Of a DNA stretch of 64,000 nt, positions 18,516-29,662 are shown piece after piece. Made by a program: the position numbers and the translations under genes. Positions within the stretch are counted from its first letter, which is position 1; every line of letters starts with the position of its first letter. The notes beneath the pieces are model-generated. The model saw only the letters and a program-made list of their open reading frames with translations, ran no database searches and was not told where the DNA came from. This DNA comes from an uncultured Actinomycetes bacterium (lineage in GTDB: Bacteria > Actinomycetota > Thermoleophilia > Gaiellales > Gaiellaceae): contig CAWJBN010000005.1 in assembly GCA_963841175.1 (NCBI GenBank), forward strand, positions 113,663-177,662, given 5' to 3'.

Positions 18516-20379
18516 GCTCGTCTGCCGGCGGCTTGGGAGGCTTGGGAGGCTCTGGCTCCTCGACCTTCGTGCCGACGCGGACGACCCGCGTCTCGCCACG
18601 GTACGAGGTGTTCCACGTCTCCGAGCTGAGCTGCCTGCCGTTCCCGGCGTAGACCGTTCGCACGACCGACGTCCGGCTCGGCGACGTGCCGTACTCCTCG
18701 ACGACGGTCGAGCCCTTCGCGAGCGTCGCATCCTTCACGCGCCGGACGGGCGGCTGCCCGGTGACGACCCTCGTCCCCTCCGAGCTCTCGACCCGGCGGT
18801 CCTCGCCGCCGTAGATCGCGACGCTGATCCCGTCGGACTCGACGAAGCCCTTGACGAGCACCCACGTCCTCGTGTCGTTGACGAACTTGAGGTCGAGCGA
18901 CGGCCAGTAGACGGTCGCATCCCGACCGAGCTGGTAGCGGTCGATGTAGAGCGAGTGCGGGTTGCGCTCGGTGATCCGCACGCCGGCCTCCCAGGCGGCG
19001 TTGAAGACCGTCGTCGCGACCTGCGACGTGCCGCCTCCGACCTCCTCCTCGTAGCGAGTGCCGATGATCACCGGAGCCGAGCGGAAGCCGCGCTCCTCCG
19101 TTCGCTCGCCGATGGCGTCGTTGAGAGAGAACGTCGCGCCCGGCGGCACAAGCGTGTCGTCGAGAGCGGCCACGCCGAGCCGGAGGTTCGTGATCCGGTC
19201 CCACGTGCCCGAGTTGTAGGTCTTGTAGGAGGCCATCCGGCGGTCGATGCCCATGGCGAGCGCCTCCTTCGTCGTGCGCTCCGGGACGGCGCGGGCGATG
19301 GCGACGTCAGCCGTGCGATTGGTGCGCGACGTCGCAGCGCGCAGGAGCGCACGCGCCGTCTTCGCGACGTCGAGCTCGGTGCCGTTCCTCGAGGGCACCA
19401 GCTGGATGCCTTCTCCCGAAGCCTCGAAGCGCGCGTCCACCGGTGGATTCCCGACGATCCGGCCGAGCGCCCGGAAGTACGCGATCGCCTGCGGGCCGGA
19501 GATCGCGAGGCGCTTCGCGCCGTCGCTCGGGAGCGTGAGCAGCGCGGCGATACGCGCCGGCCGCAGCCGCCACCGCCGCTTCGTGCCCTGGAGGACGACC
19601 GGGGCCGAGAGCGCCAGGCGCGCGCGACGCGCGACCGGTGCGAGCATCTCTTCCGTGACGGCCGGCCGGGTGCTCGCCACGGGGAGCGCGACCGGGACTG
19701 AGTTCCGCTCGAGAGAGCCGAGCGCGCGGACGACAGCGCGCGCGGCCGCCTCGCGCTCGAGACGGCGACCGGCCCGATCGGGGACGCTCTCGATCCGGAG
19801 GCCGCGCCGGACGAGCGCGGCGTTCTTCGGCGCGCCGTCGATACTCGCCGCCATGCGCTCGAGCGCGTAGTCGAGCGCGCCGTCCGACACCGCGACGCGC
19901 GGAAGGATCTCGGCGCCGAAGAAGCGTGTGTGCAGCCGCCTGAAGCCCCGGATGGGGCCGAATCCGTCGCCGGCCCGTGCGGCAGCTGCGACGGCGCCGC
20001 TCCAATCGGGCTCCACGCCGAGCTGGTTCGCCGCGAACGTGAACGTCTCGTCGCCGACCGCAAACGTCACCGGCTCGGCCTCGACCTCGGCGAAGGCCTG
20101 TTCGAGCTGCCCGACGGCCTGCCGAGACGGGAGCCCGCCGACGTCGACGCCCGCGACGTACGTCCCCGGCGCGAGCTCCTGCCGCGAGCCTGCGAACACG
20201 AGGCCGACGAGCAGAGCCAGGACCACGACGAGGCCCGCCCCGATCAAGAGCGTCGCGCGCGCCGAAACGAGCCTGGCCCGCGGTCGCGCGCGGGGAGAGA
20301 ACAGCGGTGAGTCCGCCCGCACGAAGCCGGAGATTCTACCGCCTCGCGGATACGACCTCATGCGCCGCCTGTCGGCCAT
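18490..20379 (-). CDS. VanW family protein with C-terminal G5 domain
   Basis: 629-aa ORF with an N-terminal TM, a central VanW-like region (...RGFRSAPVIIGTRYEEEVGGGTSQVATTVFNAAW...), a G5-like segment and a Pro-rich tail. Confidence 0.8.
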   Translation of the reverse strand: MADRRRMRSYPRGGRISGFVRADSPLFSPRARPRARLVSARATLLIGAGLVVVLALLVGLVFAGSRQELAPGTYVAGVDVGGLPSRQAVGQLEQAFAEVEAEPVTFAVGDETFTFAANQLGVEPDWSGAVAAAARAGDGFGPIRGFRRLHTRFFGAEILPRVAVSDGALDYALERMAASIDGAPKNAALVRRGLRIESVPDRAGRRLEREAAARAVVRALGSLERNSVPVALPVASTRPAVTEEMLAPVARRARLALSAPVVLQGTKRRWRLRPARIAALLTLPSDGAKRLAISGPQAIAYFRALGRIVGNPPVDARFEASGEGIQLVPSRNGTELDVAKTARALLRAATSRTNRTADVAIARAVPERTTKEALAMGIDRRMASYKTYNSGTWDRITNLRLGVAALDDTLVPPGATFSLNDAIGERTEERGFRSAPVIIGTRYEEEVGGGTSQVATTVFNAAWEAGVRITERNPHSLYIDRYQLGRDATVYWPSLDLKFVNDTRTWVLVKGFVESDGISVAIYGGEDRRVESSEGTRVVTGQPPVRRVKDATLAKGSTVVEEYGTSPSRTSVVRTVYAGNGRQLSSETWNTSYRGETRVVRVGTKVEEPEPPKPPKPPADEPTPPAPLP

Positions 20380-20493
20380 GCTACCCCGCCCTCGACTTTC
20401 ACACTTTCGTTTGCCTTCAGGTCAACACACGTACGAGCTTCGCCGATAGAATCGGCAGTGGGTGGTGGGTTGGGGTGCCCCGGCGGACACGGC

Positions 20494-21327
20494 TCAAAAC
20501 ACGAACAGCTCCACGCCGCCCGACACGTAGAGGCCGACGCCGGTGATGTAGGCGGCGAGGTCGGAGCAGAGGAAGGCGATCGCGTTCGCGATGTCCTGCG
20601 GCTCGCCGGGCCGCTTGAGCACCGTCCGCGCGACGATGCGCTCGTTCATCACGGGATTCGCCATGTTGAACGCCTCGGTGCCGATGACGCCCGGGACGAT
20701 CGCGTTGCAGGTGATCCCGTGCCGGCCGCCCTCCATCGCCAGCGTGCGCGTGAGCCCGAGGACGCCCGCCTTCGTGGTCGAGTAGCTCGCCTGGCCGAAG
20801 CCGCCGAGCGTCCCCGCCACCGACGCCATGTTGACGATCCGCCCCCAGCCACGCTCCTGCATGTGCGGCCACACGGCCTGCGCGCAGTTGAACGAGCCGG
20901 TCAGGTTCACGCGCAAGTCGCGCTCCCAGAGCTCGGGGCTCTGGTGGTGGAACTGGCCGACGTGGTCGAGCGTCGCGGCGTTGTTCACGAGGATGTCGAC
21001 CGAGCCGAGCTCCGCGACCGTACGCTCGACGGCCGCCGCCACTTGCTCGCGATCGGTGACATCGCACTTGAGCGCGAGCGCGCGCCGGCCCATCGCCCGG
21101 ATCTCGTCGGCGGTCGACTCGGTGTGCACGAGCCCTTGCGCGCGGGCCACGGTCGCGAGCGAGCCCCAGCGATCGGTCTCCTCGGAGAGCTCGGACTCGA
21201 CCAGGATGTCCGCGACGACGACGTCGGCGCCGGCTCGCGCGAGCGTGAGCGCGTCGGCCCGTCCGAGCCCGCGCGACCCGCCCGTGACGAGCGCGACGCG
21301 GCCGGAGAGATCGATGTCGATCGCCAT
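20494..21327 (-). CDS. SDR family oxidoreductase
   Basis: 277 aa from MAIDIDLSGRVALVTGGSRGLG inside the 409-aa track ORF. It has TGxxxGxG, NNAA and the YSTTK catalytic motif. Confidence 0.85.
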   Translation of the reverse strand: MAIDIDLSGRVALVTGGSRGLGRADALTLARAGADVVVADILVESELSEETDRWGSLATVARAQGLVHTESTADEIRAMGRRALALKCDVTDREQVAAAVERTVAELGSVDILVNNAATLDHVGQFHHQSPELWERDLRVNLTGSFNCAQAVWPHMQERGWGRIVNMASVAGTLGGFGQASYSTTKAGVLGLTRTLAMEGGRHGITCNAIVPGVIGTEAFNMANPVMNERIVARTVLKRPGEPQDIANAIAFLCSDLAAYITGVGLYVSGGVELFVF

Positions 21328-21363
21328 CGGGGCCGATCCTACTGAGGCTGATAGAAGGGCGGC

Positions 21364-22533
21364 GTGGAGCGGATCGGCGTCGAGGAGAGGCGGGCACGAC
21401 TCGTTCGACGCCACCGCCTGGCCCCCGGCGACCGCGCCGGCTCCGCGCTCGAGGCGACGCGCAGCCTCGTCGCGCTGCACTCGAGCGACGCCGCCACCGT
21501 GTTCCTTTCGGTGCACGCGCGCTCGGACCTCGCCCAGTCCGACATCGAACGCGAGCTGTACGAGGAGCGCGTCCTCGTCCGAATGCTCGGCATGCGCCGG
21601 ACGCTGTTCGTCGTGCCGCGTGAGCTCGTGCCGGTCGTCGAGGCTGCGGCTACACGCGCGATCGCGGCCCGCGAGCGCAAGCGGCTCGAGCAGATGATCG
21701 CAGTGAACGAGCTCTCGAAGCACCCCGCGGCCTGGCTACGACGTGCAATGGCGACCGCCCTCCGGGAGCTGGAGGAGCGCGGCGAGGCGTTCACGTCCGA
21801 CCTCACGAAGTCGGTTCCGGTGCTCGGGAAGCGCCTCCGGTTCGGGGCCGGACGATGGGAGGTGACGCAGAGCGCCGGCTCGCGGATCCTCCCGCAGCTC
21901 GCGATGGAGCGGCGTGTCGTCCGCGGCCGTCCGCGCACGACCTGGGTCAACGGCCAGTACCGGTGGGTGCCGACGGCGGCATGGCTCGGCGCCGAGATCG
22001 AGCCGATGGAGACCGCCGACGCCCAGGCCAATCTCCTCGAGAGGTGGCTCGCTGCCTTCGGGCCCGCGACCGAGACCGACATGCGCTGGTGGACGGGCTG
22101 GACGGCCCGGGAGACGCGCGCCGCGCTCGCCGCCTTCCCACACGCCGAGGTCGAGCTCGACGGAGCGCGCGGCTACTTGCTCGCGGACGACCTCGAGCCC
22201 ACCGAGCGCCCGGAGCCCTCCGCGGCGCTCTTGCCGACCCTCGACCCGACGACGATGGGCTGGAAGGAGCGCGGCTTCTACCTCGGCGCGCACGAGCGGA
22301 CGCTCTTCGACTCGGCGGGCAACGCAGGGCCGACCGTCTGGTGGGACGGACGTGTCGTCGGCGGCTGGTCGCAGCGCCGCGACGGCGAGATCGTGTTCCG
22401 GCTGCTCGAGGACGTCGGCGCCGAGGCCGTCGCCGCCGTCGAAGCGGAAGCCGGGCGCACGAAGGCGTGGATCGGCGACGCGCGGTTCTCGCCGACCTTC
22501 CTGCCTCCGTTCCAGCGGGGGTTGGTTGCCTAA
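21364..22533 (+). CDS. Winged-helix DNA-binding protein, YcaQ/DUF1006 family (AlkZ-like crosslink-repair glycosylase family)
   Basis: 389-aa ORF. The N-terminus ...RARLVRRHRL...LVALHSSDAATVFLS and the overall pattern resemble the DUF1006 family. Confidence 0.7.
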   Translation: MERIGVEERRARLVRRHRLAPGDRAGSALEATRSLVALHSSDAATVFLSVHARSDLAQSDIERELYEERVLVRMLGMRRTLFVVPRELVPVVEAAATRAIAARERKRLEQMIAVNELSKHPAAWLRRAMATALRELEERGEAFTSDLTKSVPVLGKRLRFGAGRWEVTQSAGSRILPQLAMERRVVRGRPRTTWVNGQYRWVPTAAWLGAEIEPMETADAQANLLERWLAAFGPATETDMRWWTGWTARETRAALAAFPHAEVELDGARGYLLADDLEPTERPEPSAALLPTLDPTTMGWKERGFYLGAHERTLFDSAGNAGPTVWWDGRVVGGWSQRRDGEIVFRLLEDVGAEAVAAVEAEAGRTKAWIGDARFSPTFLPPFQRGLVA

Positions 22534-22546
22534 CCGCGAGGCGACG

Positions 22547-23728
<1,182 letters not shown>

Positions 23729-23747
23729 GCTCGGCTCCTGATTTCGA

Positions 23748-23763
23748 TTGACTAGTCAGTCAA
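23748..23763. promoter_or_regulatory. Inverted repeat TTGACT-agtc-AGTCAA in the divergent ACAD promoter region (candidate operator)
   Basis: Perfect 6-4-6 inverted repeat with an embedded GACTAGTC palindrome, in an AT-rich 118-nt spacer between two divergent acyl-CoA dehydrogenase genes. Confidence 0.3.
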
Positions 23764-23846
23764 GTCTAGGCATCCACGCAACCCCGGTCAAGCACTTGCA
23801 TGCACCAAATGGGTCTGCCCGCGGCAGGCAGGGCTATGCTCAGTCC

Positions 23847-25034
23847 GTGGCCGTGACCGAGAGACCGACTGCGCTCGACCCGCTCGACTTCCTCGACGTC
23901 GACGCGCTGCTCGACGACGAGGAGCGCGCGATCCGCGACACCGTGCGGCAGTTCGTCAAGGAGAACGTCCTCCCGGAGGTCGGCGACTGGTTCGAGGAGG
24001 GCCGCTTCCCGCGCGAGCTCTTCGCGGAGCTCGCGAAGCTCGGCCTCCTCGGGATGCACCTCGAGGGGTACGGCCTGCCGGGCGCGAGCTCCGTCGCCTA
24101 CGGGATCACGTGCATGGAGCTCGAGGCCGGGGATGCCGGTGTCCGCAGCGCTGTCTCGGTCCAAGGCTCGCTCGCGATGTTCCCGATCTGGAAGTTCGGC
24201 TCGGAGGAGCAGAAGGAGCGCTGGCTGCCGCCGATGCACACGGGCGAGGTGATCGGCTGCTTCGGGCTCACCGAGTCCGACGCCGGCTCCGACCCGGGCT
24301 CGATGCGCACCCATGCCCGCCGCGACGGCTCGGACTGGGTCCTGACCGGCTCGAAGATGTGGATCACGAACGGCTCGATCGCCGACGTCGCCGTGGTCTG
24401 GGCCCGCACCGACGACGGCGCGATCCGCGGCTTCCTCGTCGAGAAGGACATGCCCGGATTCTCGGCGCCGGAGATCCACAAGAAGCTCTCGCTCCGCGCC
24501 TCGGTGACCTCAGAGCTGGTCCTGCAAAACGTGCGCGTGCCGGACGAGAACGTCCTTCCCGGCGCGACCACGCTCCGCGGCCCGCTCTCGTGCCTGAACG
24601 AGGCGCGCTTCGGGATCGTCTGGGGCGCAGTCGGGTCGGGCCGGGCCTGCTTCGAGTCGGCGCTCGAGTACGCGAAGGAGCGAATCGTCTTCGGCAAGCC
24701 GATCGCCGGCTACCAGCTCACGCAGGAGAAGCTCGCGGAGATGGCGCTCGAGCTCAACCGCGGCCTGCTCGTCGCGCTCCACCTCGGCCGCATGAAGGAC
24801 CAGGGCACCCTCCGGCCTGAGCACGTGAGCCTCGGGAAGCTCGGCAACGTCCGCGGCGCGCTCGAGGTCGCCCGCAGCGCGCGCACGATCCTCGGCGCGA
24901 ACGGCGTGACGCTCGAATACCCGGTCATCCGGCACGTGAACAACCTCGAGTCGGTGCTGACGTACGAGGGCACGCACGAGGTGCACACGCTCGTCGTCGG
25001 CGAGGCGCTGACCGGCCAGAACGCGTTCCGGTAA
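23847..25034 (+). CDS. Acyl-CoA dehydrogenase (glutaryl-CoA dehydrogenase-like)
   Basis: Track ORF 23748-25034. The likely start is GTG 23847 (VAVTERPTALDPLDFLDVDALLDDEER...). CFGLTESDAGSDPGSM and YEGTHEVHTLVVG motifs are present. Confidence 0.85.
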   Translation: MAVTERPTALDPLDFLDVDALLDDEERAIRDTVRQFVKENVLPEVGDWFEEGRFPRELFAELAKLGLLGMHLEGYGLPGASSVAYGITCMELEAGDAGVRSAVSVQGSLAMFPIWKFGSEEQKERWLPPMHTGEVIGCFGLTESDAGSDPGSMRTHARRDGSDWVLTGSKMWITNGSIADVAVVWARTDDGAIRGFLVEKDMPGFSAPEIHKKLSLRASVTSELVLQNVRVPDENVLPGATTLRGPLSCLNEARFGIVWGAVGSGRACFESALEYAKERIVFGKPIAGYQLTQEKLAEMALELNRGLLVALHLGRMKDQGTLRPEHVSLGKLGNVRGALEVARSARTILGANGVTLEYPVIRHVNNLESVLTYEGTHEVHTLVVGEALTGQNAFR

Positions 25035-25036
25035 CG

Positions 25037-25064
25037 GAACGGGCCGCGTCGCCGCGGCCCGTTC
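25037..25064. terminator. 12-bp perfect hairpin between convergent genes
   Basis: GAACGGGCCGCG-tcgc-CGCGGCCCGTTC, 3 nt after the GCDH-like TAA. Confidence 0.5.
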
Positions 25065-25087
25065 GTCCCCATCGCGTCGGCTGGATG

Positions 25088-26521
25088 TCAGTCGTCGTCG
25101 TGGTCGTGGTGGTCGTCGTCGCCGCATCGCCCGTGCTTCTTGCGCACCGGCTCGAAGTAGTGCTCGTCGATCCAGCGGGCGACGTTCTTCCCGATCTCCG
25201 CGCCGTGCTCGTCCGCGGTCCGGAAGTGGATGCCCTGCCAGATGCGAGCGTCGATGGTGTCCTCGACGACGTCGGTGAACCGCTTGTACTCCCGCGTCGC
25301 CGTCATCGTCGTCCCCGGCGGCAACCCGAGGCTGAAGGTCGCGGTCAGGTCGAAGTTCATCCTGTCCCTGCCGAAGAACTCCTTCGCCGAGTTCATGACC
25401 GACCCCGTCACGCAGTTGTAGCCGGACGACACGTCCGGGTACGGCGGGGTCGCGGCAAACGGCGTCCAGTTCCCGTCGCCGACGGTCTTCGAGTTGCCGT
25501 CGGAGTCGCCGAGTCGGATCGCCGTGATTGGCCGCCAGTTGCTCCAGAACACCTTGTCGTCCCAGCAGTTGATGGCCGCGTCGGCGTAGGCCACGTTGAC
25601 CATCGCAAAGAGACGTGCCTGCTCCGCGCTTGACAGATCCTTCTCCTGCGCGAGCCCGCGAAGCATCACGCTGTATATCGCGATCGGGTTGACGCTGAAG
25701 AACTGCGCGGTCGCATGCTGCTCCGCCGTCCGCTCGGACGGCGTCGTCGTGCCGTTGCCGCCCAGCCGCTTCACCTCGTTGTACTCCTTCGCGTACTTCC
25801 TGCTGTCGAGCGCGAGCGGCCCGTCCGTCCTGAACTGCGAGTTGCTCTTCAGGGTGAACGGGTCGACCTTCGCGACCCAGGCGAACGGGTCGCTCGGGCC
25901 GGACGGCGTCGTGCACGTCAGTGCCGAAGCGGGCCGCCACTGGCCCATGCCCTCTCCGCACGTGAACGAGAACGGCACGTAGCGGCCGTCGCCCGTCCGC
26001 TCCGTGAGCATGGCGGCCGCAGCCGCCTCGCCGGCCTTGATCCCCGCGTCCTTGGACTTGCCGTCCGAGATGGCCGCGAGCGACGCGGTGTAGGCGTCGT
26101 TCAGCCACGTTTGCGTCGCCGCGGGCAGCGCCGGAACGGGCGCGATGCCGAGGCCGACGAGCACGTGGTGCGCGGCGGTCGCCGCGGCCGCCGACTTCGA
26201 CGCCCACTTCGGTGCCCACGGCAGCCCGTCGAGGTACGGCTCGTGGCTCTTCTCGATCATGTTGACGGCGTCGTACACCGCGGCCTGCACCATCCCCATG
26301 TGCTGCGCCGCGACCGGCGGCGTCTGCCCTGCGCCCGGACGCGTCGCCGCGGTCGTCGGATTGAAGAGCGCGTCGAGCGCGTTCAGGTTCCAGTCCAGCA
26401 CCGTCACCTCGGGCGGCCCCGCGACCGCAGTCGTCTGCCCGCCCCCGAGGAGGACGGCCACGACCGTCGCGAGCACGGCGCCTGCAAACAGCGCGAGCTT
26501 CGTCTTCGACTTCCGTTGCAT
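25088..26521 (-). CDS. Secreted vanadium-haloperoxidase/PAP2-superfamily protein with His/Asp-rich C-terminal tail
   Basis: 477-aa ORF with a signal peptide and PAP2-like motifs (WRPITAIR, PYPDVSSGY, ARIWQGIHFRTAD). The C-terminus is ...KKHGRCGDDDHHDHDDD. Confidence 0.65.
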   Translation of the reverse strand: MQRKSKTKLALFAGAVLATVVAVLLGGGQTTAVAGPPEVTVLDWNLNALDALFNPTTAATRPGAGQTPPVAAQHMGMVQAAVYDAVNMIEKSHEPYLDGLPWAPKWASKSAAAATAAHHVLVGLGIAPVPALPAATQTWLNDAYTASLAAISDGKSKDAGIKAGEAAAAAMLTERTGDGRYVPFSFTCGEGMGQWRPASALTCTTPSGPSDPFAWVAKVDPFTLKSNSQFRTDGPLALDSRKYAKEYNEVKRLGGNGTTTPSERTAEQHATAQFFSVNPIAIYSVMLRGLAQEKDLSSAEQARLFAMVNVAYADAAINCWDDKVFWSNWRPITAIRLGDSDGNSKTVGDGNWTPFAATPPYPDVSSGYNCVTGSVMNSAKEFFGRDRMNFDLTATFSLGLPPGTTMTATREYKRFTDVVEDTIDARIWQGIHFRTADEHGAEIGKNVARWIDEHYFEPVRKKHGRCGDDDHHDHDDD

Positions 26522-26536
26522 TCCTCTCTCCCTTCC

Positions 26537-26806
26537 CTACGTGTCTCGTCCGGACGAGACCGCCTCGACGACTCGAAGCGGCTCGAGCCCTGCGCGGTGC
26601 GCGACGAGCGCGGCCTCGCTGCCCGACCCGGCTTCGAACGTGAAGAAGCAGATCTCGTCCTCGGGGACGTGAATGGAACCCCCGAAGCGGACGCGCGTCC
26701 CCTCCCGCGTCCGCTCCTCGGCGGCCACGCCAGCCCGTCGCTCGCGCGCGGCGCGCTCCCCAGACGCGCCGCGCGCGAGGTATGTCTCGACGAGGTAGCT
26801 CGGCAC
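26537..26806 (-). CDS. DUF4242-like small protein
   Basis: 89-aa ORF. MPSYLVE... and ...SIHVPEDEICFFTFEAGSGSEA...RVVEAV resemble the DUF4242 pattern as I remember it. Confidence 0.5.
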   Translation of the reverse strand: MPSYLVETYLARGASGERAARERRAGVAAEERTREGTRVRFGGSIHVPEDEICFFTFEAGSGSEAALVAHRAGLEPLRVVEAVSSGRDT

Positions 26807-26872
26807 CCGCTCGACGCTACGCCGCGCGCGTCCCGTTGAAATCGGGAGAACCCCGTAACTTTGGGCCGAAGC

Positions 26873-29648
26873 TCAGGTCGAGTGGTCGTACACGCGCGCG
26901 AGCTCGGTTCGGGAGCGGACCCCGAGCTTCGCGTAGATGCGCGTGAGGTGCGTCTCGACCGTTCGCTCGCCCGAGGACGAGCGCGGCCGCGACCTCGCGG
27001 TTCGTCCGCCCTTCGACGACGAGCGCGGCGACGCGACGCTCCGCCGCCGTCAGGCCCTCCTCCCTCCTGCGACCGCCGATCCGCCCGAGCTCTGCTCGTG
27101 CCTTCTCGGCCCACACGGCGGCGCCGCACTTCTCGAAGATCGCGAGCGCCTGCTCGATCGCCTCGCGTGAGGCTCGCTTCTGCCGCGCGCGCCGCGCGAC
27201 GACGCCGAGAGCGAGGAGTGCCCGGGCGCGGCCGAGCTCGTCTCCGAGCGACTCGTGCTCGCGCGCCGCCTCGTGCAGCAGCTCGAGAGCCTCGTCCACC
27301 TCGCCCCGTGCCGCGGCGACGAGCCCACGGCAGCGCTTCGCCTGTGCGAGCACCCAGCCCCGGCCGAGCCGCGCCGCCGCCTTCTCCCACGGCTCGAGGA
27401 GCGAGACGGCCTCGTCGAGGCGGCCGAGCCCGACCAGAGCCTCCACCTGCTCCGGGCGCCACCAGCGAATCCCCGGCTCCTCCCAGCCGGCACGGTCGGC
27501 AGCTCCGTCGGCGAGCTCGAAGTGGTGGACTGCGGATTCAGCCTCACCGGCCCAGAGCTCGGCGAGGCCCGGCACCGCGAGCAGCCCCGGAAGGAGCGCT
27601 TCCTGCCTCTCGGCCAAGGCGCGACCCTGCCCCGCGAGGTCAATGGCGCCGGCGAGGTCGCCGCGGTGCGCGGCGACGAGCGCGACGGGGAGATAGCCGT
27701 GCGGATCCTCGTCCTCGCCGCGTCCGTACAGCGCACCGAGCTCCTTGGCGCGTTCCGCGTGGCCTCCCGCGAGGTCGAGCCGCCCAGCGTAGAGCTCGAC
27801 GACCGACAGAAACCAGGACACCTGGGCGCTGACCCGCTCGTCGCGTTCTCCGAGGCCGCGGTCGATCTCCTCGAGGAGGTCACGCGCCGGCGCGAGCTCG
27901 GCCGACCAGACGAGCATGTGCGCGATGCAGAAACCGGTGTCCACGAGGCGCTGTTCGTCGCCGGTCGCGACCGCGAGATCGTGTGCCTCCTCGGCCAGCA
28001 CTCGCGCGTCCGCCTCTCCGCCGATGAAGCGGAACAGCGCGACGACCGCCAGCGATGCCGCGCGGAGCGCCTCGTCGCCGAGCGACTCGGCCAGCTCCAG
28101 CGCTGCGCGAGCGTGCACCTCGGCGGCCGAGCGTCCTTCGAAGAAACGGACCTCGATCGCGAGCTTCTGGTGGAGGAGCTGCTGCAGCTCGGGCCGGCCC
28201 GAGGCCTCGCGGAGCGCCTTCCGGCGCAGCGCGATGCGCGCACGCAGGTGGCCGAGCTCGATCTCGGACAGGAACACGAGCGCGTCCACGTGCTTGCTCC
28301 CGTCGTGGTCCAGCGCGTCGAGGGCCCGCCCGAGCGTCCGCGCGCGATCGACCTCGCCCGCCGCGAGATGCGCGCGCCCGGCTGCGATCGAGCGACGGTG
28401 CTCGTCGTCGGGCGCGTCCACGCGAGTCAGACGAAGAGCATGTTCGGTGAGCTCGGCCGCTACGGCGCTCGCGCCGCGGGCGTTCGCGAGCGCGGCTGCC
28501 TCGTCCAGTGCGGCCGCGACGGCCGGGTCCGGCCGCTCGGTCGCAAGCGCGAGATGACGAGCCCGCTCGACCGGATCGACGACGACGTCGGCGAGGGCAC
28601 CGTGGGCACGCCGTCTGTCTGCCCCCGCCAGGCCCTGGTACAGCACCGACGAGAGCAGAGGATGCGTAAACCGGACCGTGCCGTCCAGAAGCTCGACCAC
28701 GTGCGCCGCCACGGCCGGCTCGAGCGCCTCGTCCGCGACTCCCGCAGCGTGGAGAAGCTTCACCGGAGCGGAGCCGAGCGCCGAGGCGAGCATGAGGCCT
28801 TCGCGCGTCGCGTCGGGAAGCCCGGCGAGCCGGGCATCGACGAGCTCCTCGAGCGTCTCCGGCACCGGAAGCGGCTGCGTCGGATCGACGTCCGGGCCGA
28901 GAGCGCTCGCCAGCTCGAGCGCGTAGAACGGGTTGCCGCCGGAGGCCTCGTGAATCCTGAGCAGCGTCGGACGCGGGAAGACGCGATCGAGCTCGTCCCG
29001 CAGGAGCAACTGGATGGCACCGACGCTGAGCGGGCCGAGGCGGAGACGCTCCATGTGCTCGGCGTCGAAGGCGTGCTCGAGGGGAGAGGGCTCGACGCCG
29101 TCACCGACACGGCGCGCGAGCAGGACACCGAGCCCGGCCCGCAAGCGCCGCAGCGCGAAGGACAGGCTGGCTTCGGACGCGGGGTCGAGCCACTGGACAT
29201 CGTCGACCGCGACGACGAGCGGCGCGTCCTCGGCGAGGAGCTCGACCGCGTTCCGTACCGCGACGCCGAGCGCGCGCGGGTCGACGGGGCGATCGGCTTC
29301 CTCGAGCAGGAGCGCGATCCGCAGCGCCTTTCGTCGGGGCGGCGGCAACGCCGGCAGCACGTCGTCGAGCACCGGCTCGAGCAGATCTCCCAGCCCGGCG
29401 AACGCGAGCCCCCGCTCGGCCTCCGCCGGCCGCGACGACAGCACGCGCGTGCCCCCGGCACCCGCCTCCTCCACCGCGACGCGCCAGAGCGTCGACTTGC
29501 CGATCCCCGCCTCGCCTTCGAGGACGAGCGCGCCCGGCTCCTGACGCGGCGACGCGAGAAACGCGCGAAGCGCCTCGAGCTCGGCCTCCCTGCCGACGAT
29601 CCCCCCACCCACGGTCATAACGATGACCGGAAACGGCCACCGGTACAA
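26873..29648 (-). pseudogene. Large ATP-binding LuxR-family regulator (P-loop NTPase + TPR-like + LuxR HTH) with +1 frameshift in the HTH near 26969-26972
   Basis: P-loop GEAGIGKST near the N-terminus and a long helical repeat region. The C-terminal LTAAERRVAALVVEGRTNREVAAALVLG then continues as ERTVETHLTRIYAKLGVRSRTELARVYDHST* only in the +1 frame. One extra nt lies in a GGG run. The start is TTG 29648 or ATG 29618. Confidence 0.8.
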
Positions 29649-29662
29649 CCCACGCCTAGTGC

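Noticed and set aside
20380-20493. A promoter or terminator call in the SDR-VanW spacer (TTGACC and a small GCCGAT-tct-ATCGGC hairpin).
   Set aside because: The -10 element is unconvincing and the hairpin has only 6 bp without a U tract. The evidence is too weak to list as a feature.
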